The notes below the pieces were generated by a model. That model had not been told where the DNA came from, did no database searches, and saw only the letters and a list, made by a program, of their open reading frames with translations. DNA of 60,467 bases, the filler included. It is 5 parts of 5 records of this genome, joined end to end, with 100 filler letters (N's around TTAATTAATTAA, not from the genome) between each part and the next. Parts side by side here need not be neighbours in the genome. Positions count along the whole stretch, not along the records: positions 1 to 5,935 come from SRR22947727_3162; positions 6,036 to 14,718 come from SRR22947727_3164; 3 more parts are not named here. One strand, given 5' to 3'. Below are positions 1 through 8,910 of the stretch, piece by piece. A program made the position numbers and the translations under genes. Positions within the stretch are counted from its first letter, which is position 1. Each line of letters begins with the position of its first letter.

Positions 1-1257
1 TATCGCATGGACCGCATTCAAATGTGCCCCTGTTTGGGTGAGAAACTCAGATGCAGACAAGCCCAACAACCCTGCGACACGTCCAATCCCCTCATCTGAT
101 GTGGGCACGCTTTGCGTTTGCGCGTCGCGGATCATTTGGATGGCGTGCTCGGTATGCCGCAAAACCCTATAACTGCGCTGCAACTGGTTCCTGATCGCCT
201 CGGAGATCCAGTCTTTGACCGCCAGTTGATCCAATGCCGCCACAGTTTGGCATGATCGCAAATCCGCATCGCGCCCGCCTGATATGAGCTGTCGTGTTTG
301 GGTGAAAAATTCGATCTCACGAATGCCGCCCCGGCCCAGTTTCACGTCATGGCCGGGCACGCTGATTGCACCTCTTGCGCCGGTCTTGGTGCGAATTTTC
401 AAGCGCAGCGCATGGGCTTCCTCAATCGCGGCGAAATCAAGATAGCGGCGCCATACAAAGGGCACCATCTGATCCAGGAACGCCGCGCCAGCCTCGCGGT
501 CACCAGCACAGACCCGTGCTTTAATAAAAGCCGCCCGCTCCCATGTGCGGCCCAGACTCTCATAATAGTCCAGCGCCGAGCTCATTGCGACGCAAATCGG
601 CGTCACTGATGGATCAGGTCTCAGGCGGAGATCGGTGCGAAAAACATAGCCATGCTCGGTAATGTCATTGAGCAGTTTGGTTGCCGCGCGGGTGACCCGC
701 ACCAAAACTTGGCGCCGCGTTGCGGCTTCAAAATGATCCATTTCGCGGTCATCAAACATCACCACGAGATCAATATCTGAAGAATAATTGAGCTCTCCCG
801 CCCCCATTTTTCCCATAGCAATAACAAATAAGCCGGTTTCTTTCGGCAGTTTGCCCGAGGCTTGATAGGGCGCCAGAGCCGCCTCAAAGGCCAAGGCCAC
901 GGCCTGGTCGGCAAACTCCGTCAGGGCCTGGGTCGATTGCGCCAATGAGTAGGCGCCAGTGACTTCCGCCATGGCCAAGAAGCCCGCGACCCGCCGCTTG
1001 GCCCGCCGCAGCTCTGGGCCGATATGGCTTGTGATGTCTGCGGGCAAAACATTTTGGAGCGGTGCCGCCAATGTCACGGCCTCAGCCAGCCAGTCTTGCT
1101 CTTGGCGCAGCAGGTCGCAAAGGTAAGGGCTACACCCGCCGATACCCGTCAAAACCTCCGCCAAGGCACCACTTGCGCCCCAGTCGGCCGCAAGAGCTTG
1201 GCCGCGGGCCGTTTCGAATGCCATGGGACTGCGCTGGATTGACTCGATAAGTGTCAT
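1..1257 (-). CDS. glnE: Glutamine synthetase adenylyltransferase/adenylyl-removing enzyme; 5' part only, runs off the window edge
   Basis: Absent from the ORF track because no stop lies in the window. Manual translation from ATG at 1257 gives MTLIESIQRSP...IAMGKMGAGELNYSSDIDL...GYVFRTDLRLRPDP...LGRTWERAAFIKAR, the GlnE nucleotidyltransferase motifs. Confidence 0.95.
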   Translation of the reverse strand, partial: MTLIESIQRSPMAFETARGQALAADWGASGALAEVLTGIGGCSPYLCDLLRQEQDWLAEAVTLAAPLQNVLPADITSHIGPELRRAKRRVAGFLAMAEVTGAYSLAQSTQALTEFADQAVALAFEAALAPYQASGKLPKETGLFVIAMGKMGAGELNYSSDIDLVVMFDDREMDHFEAATRRQVLVRVTRAATKLLNDITEHGYVFRTDLRLRPDPSVTPICVAMSSALDYYESLGRTWERAAFIKARVCAGDREAGAAFLDQMVPFVWRRYLDFAAIEEAHALRLKIRTKTGARGAISVPGHDVKLGRGGIREIEFFTQTRQLISGGRDADLRSCQTVAALDQLAVKDWISEAIRNQLQRSYRVLRHTEHAIQMIRDAQTQSVPTSDEGIGRVAGLLGLSASEFLTQTGAHLNAVHAI

Positions 1258-1302
1258 AACGTCAAACTGCTGAGCAAGTGAGACAAGGTCAATGGGGTCA
1301 CT

Positions 1303-1776
1303 ATGAGTAAAAGCCTGAAACGGGTAAAATCTGCACTCTTTACCGCCGATCCGACCCTAGAGGTTATCGAAACAGGTCAGGCCACCACCGCCAAAGCCGC
1401 CGCAGAGAGCCTGGGCTGTGCGGTGGATCAGATTGCGAAATCTATCCTCTTTGAAGGAACGGTGAGCGGCCAGCTTTATCTGTTTGTAACGGCCGGAGCG
1501 CGGCGCGTAGATCTGGAACGGGCGGCGCTTTTGGCCGGTGAGCCATTGGGCAAGGCTGATGCTGTGCGAATCCGCGCCACGACCGGATTTGCCATCGGCG
1601 GGGTGAGCCCTGTCGGGCATCTAACCGAGATATCAACATTTTTTGATGAAACGCTGCTCACCTATCAAATAATCTATGCGGCCGCGGGCACGCCCATCCA
1701 TGTGTTTGGCTGCGCCCCCCAGCAGATGGCCAGACTGTGTCAGGGGCGGATTTCCGCCTTTAACCAAAAAATGTAA
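1303..1776 (+). CDS. YbaK/EbsC family aminoacyl-tRNA deacylase
   Basis: QIAKSILF, TGFAIGGVSPVGH and YAAAGTP motifs; 157 aa. Confidence 0.9.
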   Translation: MSKSLKRVKSALFTADPTLEVIETGQATTAKAAAESLGCAVDQIAKSILFEGTVSGQLYLFVTAGARRVDLERAALLAGEPLGKADAVRIRATTGFAIGGVSPVGHLTEISTFFDETLLTYQIIYAAAGTPIHVFGCAPQQMARLCQGRISAFNQKM

Positions 1777-1847
1777 AAAAGATTTACATACCCTCTTGCA
1801 AAACAATAAAACCTTTCCCACATTGCAAATGTAAACATTATTTACAT
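1771..1847 (+). promoter_or_regulatory. Two palindromic boxes ATGTAAA-N5-TTTACAT (1771-1789, 1829-1847) flanking a sigma70-like promoter (TTGCAA 1796-1801, 17-nt spacer, CACATT 1819-1824) of the DUF2852 gene
   Basis: Both palindromes read directly from the sequence. The promoter assignment is inferred from spacing. AAGGAG RBS precedes ATG 1865. Confidence 0.7.
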
Positions 1848-1864
1848 CAACAAAGGAGACCACA

Positions 1865-2287
1865 ATGACCACCCTCGCCCCAGAAGCCACGCACCCCTCG
1901 TCAAAAGACGGATGGTTTTCGGCTTGTGAAAACTGGATGGACCGCAGAGGCAAAGGCGCCTGGATCGCCGCTATGATCCTTGGGTTCATCTTCTTTTGGC
2001 CCCTGGGTCTCGCCCTTCTGTTTTATATGATCTGGAGCGATCGCATGTTTTCAAAATCTCACTCTTGTTCACGCTCAAAATCATTTTACCGACGCGATGC
2101 CTCGAGCGGCAACGCGGCATTTGATGCCTATAAGGCTGACACGCTGCGCCGGCTTGAGGAAGAGCAACAGCAATTTGAAGCCTTCATGGACCGTCTACGT
2201 GCGGCAAAGGACCAATCAGAATTTGACGAATTTATGAAAGACCGGAGCCGCAAGACAGAAGACGGCCCTGCACAGGCTGAGGCCTAA
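1865..2287 (+). CDS. DUF2852 domain membrane protein
   Basis: WIAAMILGFIFFWPLGLA TM segment and SGNAAFDAYKADTLRRLEEEQ...RLRAAKDQSEFDEFM signature. Confidence 0.9.
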   Translation: MTTLAPEATHPSSKDGWFSACENWMDRRGKGAWIAAMILGFIFFWPLGLALLFYMIWSDRMFSKSHSCSRSKSFYRRDASSGNAAFDAYKADTLRRLEEEQQQFEAFMDRLRAAKDQSEFDEFMKDRSRKTEDGPAQAEA

Positions 2288-2297
2288 CCCACGACAA

Positions 2298-2328
2298 CGC
2301 TCCGCCCCTCCCGGGTGGAGCGCCTTTT
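2298..2328 (+). terminator. Probable intrinsic terminator/stem-loop after DUF2852
   Basis: CGCTCCGCCC-CTCCC-GGGTGGAGCG followed by CCTTTT. Confidence 0.55.
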
Positions 2329-2345
2329 CGAAAGATTGATTGATT

Positions 2346-2789
2346 ATGACCGACTTACCTGACCCTATTGACCAGGCCGCCTATTACCATGATGTGAACC
2401 TCAAGCGTCTGATCGCCTGGTTTATTGATGGGATGGCCATTACTTTCATCACCTTCCTCATCAGCCTCTTGACCCTGGGCATTGGCTTTTTCGTTTTTGC
2501 GGGTCTCTGGCTCATTGTCGGATTTTTCTATCGCTTCCTTGGCCTGACTATTCATTCGTCAACCATGGGCATGCGGATAACTGGCATCGAATTTCGTCAA
2601 CGCCACGATCGCCCCCTCGATGGGCTTTATGCGCTGCTGCATACCGCGGGCACAATGATCGCCTATGCCACCAGCTTGCAAATCGTTTCGGTGATCTTAA
2701 TGCTCATCACCTCCCGCAAACAGGGTTTGGTGGATTTCATTTTGGCCACGGTGGTCGTTAATCGTGCGGCGCGCCGGGCGTCAAACTAG
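2346..2789 (+). CDS. RDD family membrane protein
   Basis: KRLIAWFID (R..A..ID), TMGMR..G and GLVD motifs; hydrophobic helices; ATG at 2346. Confidence 0.85.
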   Translation: MTDLPDPIDQAAYYHDVNLKRLIAWFIDGMAITFITFLISLLTLGIGFFVFAGLWLIVGFFYRFLGLTIHSSTMGMRITGIEFRQRHDRPLDGLYALLHTAGTMIAYATSLQIVSVILMLITSRKQGLVDFILATVVVNRAARRASN

Positions 2790-2846
2790 GCTTCAGGCCA
2801 TTTAGGAACGACACGACCAAATTGCACCGCCCACTCGGCGGCCCAC

Positions 2847-3068
2847 TCACTCCCGCCCGTAGACCACAAGCCGGGCGCGAAGCTGGGCTTGGCTTGCATG
2901 GTCAAGCTCTAGGGCAAAGATATGCGCATAAGTTAAAAAGAAGCATTCCGCATCCACATCCTTAGCCAGATCCGCCGCCTGCGTATAAAGCGTCACGAGC
3001 GCGGCGCGATCATCTCGGGCATGGGCTTTGAGGATCAAAGCATCCAGCGTGTTATCTCTCTCAGCCAC
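2847..3068 (-). CDS. Small hypothetical protein (~73 aa) coupled to the Rieske gene
   Basis: C-terminal part of ORF 2847..3506. GTG at 3068 overlaps the Rieske stop. Helical sequence LDALILKAH...CFFLTYAHIFALE. Confidence 0.6.
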   Translation of the reverse strand: MAERDNTLDALILKAHARDDRAALVTLYTQAADLAKDVDAECFFLTYAHIFALELDHASQAQLRARLVVYGRE

Positions 3069-4212
3069 GATGGGAAGCGATTTTGCCCGCCACCCAATCG
3101 TGATAGCAATGGGTCGGCTCATCCATGACCGGGCTAAAACGTCCGCCGTCAAAGGTCGGCGCGTGCCGGCCCGATTGCATGCCTTCAACAACGAAAATAT
3201 CTTCTTCAAAGACCTCTTTCCATTGCCGGGTATTAACCGCGCGGTTTGCCGCCTTAGTCTCTTCGGACGCATAGTACAGATGGATATGTTCAACAGTTTT
3301 ATCATGGGCTTTCGGTTCAAGTACGATGGCAAAGGCGTGATCACGCTGCACCCCCAAAAGCACATTGGGGTAAACGGTAATATATTCCGCGCCCTCATTC
3401 CATTTCTCGGATAAATTTGGAAAATCAGGGAAGGCCGCAGAGCCATCTTCCGCCTTGAATTGCCGGTAAACGAGCGTTCCCTGGCCAGAGAATTTCCCAT
3501 ATTCAACGATGTTGTAGTGATCCTCTAGTCGCGAGTAGCTGTTGAGCCCAGGATGGACCCAGGGCAGATGATAGCTTTCGCAATAGTTTTCCACCGCAAG
3601 TTTGTAATTGGCTGTAATTTCCAGCTCAAAGCGGCTGTCTGCGCCGCCGTGGTACAGCGTGCAGTCAAATTCAGACCAACGCGCGATGAGATCGGCATGC
3701 ACCTCGGTGAAGTCAGGCGCATCGCCTGAGATGTTGATGAAGACCACATCCCGCCAGACATAGCTGCGCACCTCATTCAGACCGAGATTGCCTTTGACGA
3801 TGCTTGGGTGGGTATTATGGCCCGCACCGCCCACATGCGGGGTGGAGACCAGCTTACCCTTGGTCGAATAGCACCAAGAATGATAGGGGCAGCGGATTGC
3901 CCCTTCGATGGTTTTCGCCTCATGCACCAATTGCATGCCCCGGTGGCGGCAGATATTTTCAAACACCCGCAAATCGCCGTCCTTGTCACGAATGAGCAGT
4001 AGGGGCATGCCGAGAAATTGGATCGGTTTTGCATCACCCGGATTTGGCACATCCGCACCAACCGCAAGCCCAGCCCAGCTGGCTTTGAGCACCGCTTCGC
4101 TTTCTTCGGCAAACACAGCTGGATCGATATAATGGGCATTGGCCAAGCCGTTCGCCTGCTCCACCGATTGCTGAACTGAGGTGATATCGGTTTGAATGTA
4201 ATCTTTAGCCAT
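3061..4212 (-). CDS. Rieske non-heme iron oxygenase alpha subunit (choline monooxygenase/GbcA-like group)
   Basis: Rieske CRH...CPYH and mononuclear iron ENYCESYHLPWVH...EED motifs. GGAG RBS before ATG 4212. Confidence 0.85.
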   Translation of the reverse strand: MAKDYIQTDITSVQQSVEQANGLANAHYIDPAVFAEESEAVLKASWAGLAVGADVPNPGDAKPIQFLGMPLLLIRDKDGDLRVFENICRHRGMQLVHEAKTIEGAIRCPYHSWCYSTKGKLVSTPHVGGAGHNTHPSIVKGNLGLNEVRSYVWRDVVFINISGDAPDFTEVHADLIARWSEFDCTLYHGGADSRFELEITANYKLAVENYCESYHLPWVHPGLNSYSRLEDHYNIVEYGKFSGQGTLVYRQFKAEDGSAAFPDFPNLSEKWNEGAEYITVYPNVLLGVQRDHAFAIVLEPKAHDKTVEHIHLYYASEETKAANRAVNTRQWKEVFEEDIFVVEGMQSGRHAPTFDGGRFSPVMDEPTHCYHDWVAGKIASHRG

Positions 4213-4319
4213 AGCGATCTCCATTTACCTTGGAGCTACGCCGAAAATCTGCGGGAAACTTTTCCCGGCGCGACCAAAACCCCGCCTCTGCGACGTTTTG
4301 ATGTCGATTTTTGACAATC

Positions 4320-4373
4320 GTTGACTGGCCAACCACAGTTGACCGGCCAAACGCAACTGACCAGACAGACCGC
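4320..4373. repeat. Three degenerate 18-nt tandem units between ilvH and the Rieske gene
   Basis: GTTGACTGGCCAACCACA / GTTGACCGGCCAAACGCA / ACTGACCAGACAGACCGC. Confidence 0.6.
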
Positions 4374-4381
4374 CGGCAGTT

Positions 4382-4939
4382 TTAGCCGCGCGAGAGCGCC
4401 GCCACGCCCGTGCGGGCCATTTCTGACAATCCAAGGGGGCGCATGAGATCCGCAAAAGCATCAATTTTCTCTGGGCTTCCAACAACTTCAAAGGTGAAGC
4501 TGTCTAAAGTGCTGTCCACCACATTGGCGCGGAAAACATCAGCAAGGCGGAGGGCCTCTACACGTTTTTCACCCTTGCCACTGACCTTAAACAAAGACAA
4601 TTCACGCTCCACTGAGGGGCCCTCAACGGTCAGGTCATGCACGTCATATACTGGGATGATCCGCCCCAACTGCGCTTTGATCTGCTCGATGATTTGTGGT
4701 GTGCCGCTGGTGACAATGGTAATTCGGCTGGTGTGCCCCTCGTGATCCACTTCCGCAACAGTCAGGCTCTCTATATTATAACCCCGTCCCGAAAAAAGGC
4801 CGATGACGCGCGCCAAGACGCCCGGTTCATTGGCCACAAGCACAGCCAGAGTGTGACGCTCGTTGAGATCAGCATGACCAGAGCGCAGGTTATAGGCGGA
4901 TTTCGACGACGTGCCTTTGGTGATGTTCAATGCGTTCAT
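4382..4939 (-). CDS. ilvH: Acetolactate synthase small (regulatory) subunit
   Basis: ACT domain NEPGVLARVIGLFSGRGYNIESL; C-terminal EMARTG; follows the large subunit. Confidence 0.95.
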   Translation of the reverse strand: MNALNITKGTSSKSAYNLRSGHADLNERHTLAVLVANEPGVLARVIGLFSGRGYNIESLTVAEVDHEGHTSRITIVTSGTPQIIEQIKAQLGRIIPVYDVHDLTVEGPSVERELSLFKVSGKGEKRVEALRLADVFRANVVDSTLDSFTFEVVGSPEKIDAFADLMRPLGLSEMARTGVAALSRG

Positions 4940-4950
4940 GTGATCTCTCC

Positions 4951-5935
4951 TTAAACCAAAACCGAGCCAGAGGCGTCGATGGCGCCTTTCATGGCAGCGT
5001 CGCCCAAAAGCATTTCATTATGCGCTTTGCCTGATGGGATCATCGGGAAACAATTTTCATGTTTTTCCACCAAACAGTCAAAGATCACGGGGCCATCATA
5101 GGCCAGCATCTCCATAATAGCCTCATCGAGATCAGCCGGGTCTGAACATAGGATGCCTTTGGCACCAAAGGCCTCCGCCAATTTCACGAAGTCGGGCAAG
5201 GATTCGGACCAGCTTTGCGAATAGCGTTCGCCATGCAGCAGCTCTTGCCACTGGCGCACCATGCCAAGACGTTCATTGTTCAAAATAAATTGCTTCACTG
5301 GCAAGCCATATTGCATGGCCGTCCCCATTTCTTGCATATTCATCAACCAGCTGGCCTCACCGGCCACGTTGATCACCAGGCTGCCGGGATGAGCCACTTG
5401 CGCCCCAATGGAGGCGGGAACCCCATAGCCCATGGTGCCAAGCCCACCAGAGGTCATCCAACGATTGGGATCATTAAATGTCATATATTGTGCTGCCCAC
5501 ATCTGATGCTGGCCAACTTCCGTTGTAATATATCGATCATAATCTTTCGTCAGCGCTTCAAGCCGCTCCAGCGCATATTGCGGTTTGATCACCTTGCTAT
5601 CTGCGGCATAATCAAGGCAGCGAATTTTGCGCCATCCATCAATTTCCGCCCACCAGGTTTTCAGGGCTTTGGAATTTGTTTTGCGCCCGCGCGCCTTCCA
5701 AACTTTGAGCATATCCTCCAAAACATGCGCCACATCCCCAAGGATCGGGATATCGACATGGATCACCTTGTTGATCGAGGAGGCATCAATATCAATATGC
5801 GCTTTTGTCGACCCGGGGCTAAAGGCATCAAGCCGGCCAGTGATCCGGTCATCAAATCTTGCGCCAATATTGATCATCAGATCGCAATCATGCATCACCA
5901 TATTCGCTTCATACAGACCATGCATGCCCAACATG
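4951..5935 (-). CDS. ilvI: Acetolactate synthase large subunit; 3' part, truncated by the contig end
   Basis: MLGMHG, GARFDDR, TEVGQHQMWAAQ, SGGLGTMGYG and ThDP motif GEAS...NN. Confidence 0.95.
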
Positions 5936-6035
5936 NNNNNNNNNNNNNNNNNNNNNNNNNNNNNNNNNNNNNNNNNNNNTTAATTAATTAANNNNNNNNN
6001 NNNNNNNNNNNNNNNNNNNNNNNNNNNNNNNNNNN
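5936..6035. other. Artificial contig spacer
   Basis: N44-TTAATTAATTAA-N44, a six-frame stop linker. Confidence 0.99.
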
Positions 6036-6075
6036 CCAGAAAAATCCCTGGTCCTTTGATCTGCGTGCCCGTCAT
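6036..6075 (-). CDS. First 13 codons of a probable sugar phosphate isomerase/epimerase (xylose-isomerase-like TIM barrel), truncated by the contig end
   Basis: ATG at 6075 overlaps the upstream TGA (TGATG). Translation MTGTQIKGPGIFL matches the recalled IKGP(A/G)IFLAQF N-terminus of this family. Confidence 0.6.
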
Positions 6076-6377
6076 CATACGATCTCGCTGATCATGTTCA
6101 GGTGACGAATATTAACCGCGCAAGCGAGTAACCGATCAAGTTGGCTAAAGAGTGGCTGCAAGTGAGGCATCCCAAAGTGCGCATCCAAATCAGCCTGCGA
6201 TCGCCAATTTTCATAAAATACAAATACGCAATGATCTTGAGCATCAACATGGAAATCATAATTAATGCAGCCCGTTTCTCGGCGAGTTGGAGCAACCTGT
6301 TTACTTAGAAGGGCAAGCAATTCCTCACGGGTTTCAGGTTTAGCCGTGACCGTTCCTATAATTGTGACATGAGACAT
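6075..6377 (-). CDS. ABM family (antibiotic biosynthesis/quinol monooxygenase-like) dimeric alpha-beta barrel protein
   Basis: 100 aa with TR.E.GCINYDFH...FVFYENW...LDAH pattern. Confidence 0.85.
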   Translation of the reverse strand: MSHVTIIGTVTAKPETREELLALLSKQVAPTRRETGCINYDFHVDAQDHCVFVFYENWRSQADLDAHFGMPHLQPLFSQLDRLLACAVNIRHLNMISEIV

Positions 6378-6380
6378 AGC

Positions 6381-7349
6381 TCAAAACCTTTTTTGGCTGA
6401 GGGCAACTGCAAGGATAATGATGCCACCGCGAGCGATCAGTTGCTGGCTAAACTCAAGGCCCATCAAGATCAGACCATTATTGATGAGCCCTATCATCAA
6501 CGCACCAACAATTGTTCCAATCACGGTGCCCTTTCCACCAAAAAGAGAGGTGCCACCCAAAACTGCGGCAGCAATTACCGAAAGCTCATCACCCTCGCCC
6601 AGCTGAAAGCGACCCGACTGCAGTCGGCCTGCATACAACATACCCGCGATAGCAGCTGCGCTAGAGGATAGAACTAGGACGCGAAACTTTACTTGTGCAG
6701 TGTTGATCCCAGAGTAACTGGCCGCCTGTTCTCCGCCCCCGGTTGCTAATACCCGGCGACCAAAACTGGTGCGGCGCAGCAGGAGGTGCCCAATGATACC
6801 AAATAACAGCATCCAAAACAGCAGAACCGGAATAGCACCAATTGAACCCCCTCCGAACCACCAAGCATACCCTTGCGAAAGTATCGGAACCGCTGCAGTA
6901 TCGGACATCCACATTGCGATACCCTTAGCGACACCCATCATTGCAAGTGTTGTCAGGAATGATGGAATGCCGACCTTGGTTGTCAACAAACCGTTGAAAA
7001 TACCTATGGCTATCCCTGTTGCCAACCCTGCTACTATCCCAGCAAAAGGCCCTGCCACAGATATTGCCATTGCAACAGTCACACTCGCAAGCCCAGCAAC
7101 AGCACCAACTGAAAGGTCTATTTCACCTGCCGACAAAACGAATGTCATAGCGACCGCCATCACCGCAATCATTGTTGTCTGGCGGACAATATTAAGTAGA
7201 TTATTTGGGTTCAAAAATCCTCTATCGTTCAGAGTGACCGCAAAAACAACAAAGATTACGACAAAGCCAATATAGATTATATTTTGGCGCCAATTTGCGA
7301 GGAACCACTTGAAAAACGTCGTCACAAGGGTTGTATCAGTGGCTGACAT
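6381..7349 (-). CDS. Sugar ABC transporter permease (RbsC type)
   Basis: GEIDLSVG, IPSFLTTL, FGRRVLATGG..AA..SGI and ELSVIAAAVLGGTSLFGG motifs. AGGAGG RBS before ATG 7349. Confidence 0.92.
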   Translation of the reverse strand: MSATDTTLVTTFFKWFLANWRQNIIYIGFVVIFVVFAVTLNDRGFLNPNNLLNIVRQTTMIAVMAVAMTFVLSAGEIDLSVGAVAGLASVTVAMAISVAGPFAGIVAGLATGIAIGIFNGLLTTKVGIPSFLTTLAMMGVAKGIAMWMSDTAAVPILSQGYAWWFGGGSIGAIPVLLFWMLLFGIIGHLLLRRTSFGRRVLATGGGEQAASYSGINTAQVKFRVLVLSSSAAAIAGMLYAGRLQSGRFQLGEGDELSVIAAAVLGGTSLFGGKGTVIGTIVGALMIGLINNGLILMGLEFSQQLIARGGIIILAVALSQKRF

Positions 7350-8910
7350 GGGAAACCTCCTGCCCTTCAATCAGAGCGTCTTGAATTGCTATCTGCAACC
7401 TTTGTTCTGCGACTTGCAAACGTTGGGTAGCATTTGAATTAATCTCACCTGGATCATCCAAAGCGGTACGTTGGATATCGGAGACGGCACGCCCATCCGC
7501 CATGACGATGATGCGGTCGCATGCACTCAGTAGTTCAGATAGTTCAGACGAAATCATCAAGATAGCCTTTCCCAATGACGCCAAGTCGCGGACCATCTGA
7601 ATTATCTCAGATTTTGATCCAATATCGATGCCTGCCGTGGGCTCATCGAGAACGAAAACATCGGGATTAGCGGCTAACCACTTACCTATAACTACCTTTT
7701 GTTGGTTGCCACCGGACAAGGTGTTGACAGCATGATCACGGCTACCGGTTTTAATTGATAGGTTCCCAATCTGAGCATCAGCCTGGTGACAGATTTCCTT
7801 CAGGTTGACAAAACCAGCACTAGACAATTTATCCAGAACCGCGAGGGTAATGTTATCGGCTACCGAATGATCTGGGATAACTCCTTGGGTCGCGCGTGCT
7901 TCAGGCACCAATGCCACACCAGCGGCAATTGCATCACTTGGACGCCGGATATTAACAGCCTGTTTATTGATTAGAATTTCACCTGAAGTAATCGGTTCTA
8001 TACCTGCTATAAGTTTTGCAAGCGATGTCCGTCCGGAGCCCAATAGACCTGCCAACCCAACAACTTCACCTTTATGGATGCTTAGTGAAATATCACGTGG
8101 CTTATCCCGTCCACAAATACCTCGTAGTTCTAATGCAATATCACCACGAGCAACACTTTTACGTTCAACGTCGGCTAACCCAAGAGAACGTTTGCCAACG
8201 ATATGCTCGATCATCGTGCCAATCGGTAAGTTTTCTATTGGCGCTGTTGTGACATGTTTGCCGTCGCGCAAAATCGTGGCACGATCAGCAATACGGGCAA
8301 TCTCATCCATACGGTGGCTGACGTAAATAACAGCAACTCCGTCAGCTTTCAACTTACGTAAAAGCGTAAACAAACGCTCGACATCCGACACTGCGAGTGC
8401 AGTCGAAGGCTCGTCCAGAATTAATACTCTAGCGTCCTGAGAAATTGCTTTAACAATCTCAGTTAGTTGCTTTTGTCCGGCTCCAAGATTAGCAACAATC
8501 GCAGCCGGATCAATTTCCACTTCAAGTATCTTGAACAAATCAGCCGTTTTACGTTCAGCATCAGTGTCATTTATTAGGCCGTTCGATACTGTTTCTCGGG
8601 TTAAGAATACATTTTGAGCAACGCTCAAAGTCGGGACCAAACTCATTTCCTGATAATTCATAGCAATACCTGCGGCGCGAGACGCCGCGGGCGTATGAAT
8701 TGTAAGCGGGATACCCGCCACCTCGATGGCTCCAGAGTTAGGGACGTGGACTCCGTTTAGAACCTTCAAGATCGTTGATTTACCAGCACCGTTGCCGCCC
8801 AATAGAGCATGAATTTCTCCAGAGAGCACTTCAAAATCAACGTTATCCAATGCTTTAACACCGCCGAAGTGCTTTGAAATACCTTTCATCCGGACGGCAA
8901 CAGTTGACAT
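7336..8910 (-). CDS. Sugar ABC transporter ATP-binding protein (RbsA type, two ABC domains)
   Basis: GGNGAGKST, LILDEP, LSGGNQQK and LDEPTAGID. ATG 8910 overlaps the upstream TGA. Confidence 0.95.
   Translation of the reverse strand: MSTVAVRMKGISKHFGGVKALDNVDFEVLSGEIHALLGGNGAGKSTILKVLNGVHVPNSGAIEVAGIPLTIHTPAASRAAGIAMNYQEMSLVPTLSVAQNVFLTRETVSNGLINDTDAERKTADLFKILEVEIDPAAIVANLGAGQKQLTEIVKAISQDARVLILDEPSTALAVSDVERLFTLLRKLKADGVAVIYVSHRMDEIARIADRATILRDGKHVTTAPIENLPIGTMIEHIVGKRSLGLADVERKSVARGDIALELRGICGRDKPRDISLSIHKGEVVGLAGLLGSGRTSLAKLIAGIEPITSGEILINKQAVNIRRPSDAIAAGVALVPEARATQGVIPDHSVADNITLAVLDKLSSAGFVNLKEICHQADAQIGNLSIKTGSRDHAVNTLSGGNQQKVVIGKWLAANPDVFVLDEPTAGIDIGSKSEIIQMVRDLASLGKAILMISSELSELLSACDRIIVMADGRAVSDIQRTALDDPGEINSNATQRLQVAEQRLQIAIQDALIEGQEVSHVSH

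Noticed and set aside
2847-3506. 219-aa ORF as listed in the track
   Set aside because: Its first two thirds overlap the Rieske gene out of frame; only the last ~73 codons look like a real gene.
4320-4373. CRISPR-like array
   Set aside because: The units are 18 nt, directly abutting and degenerate, with no unique spacers and no cas genes.
5980-5991. TTAATTAATTAA recurring four times within N runs
   Set aside because: It has identical N44 flanks each time, so it is an artificial six-frame stop linker and not a biological repeat.
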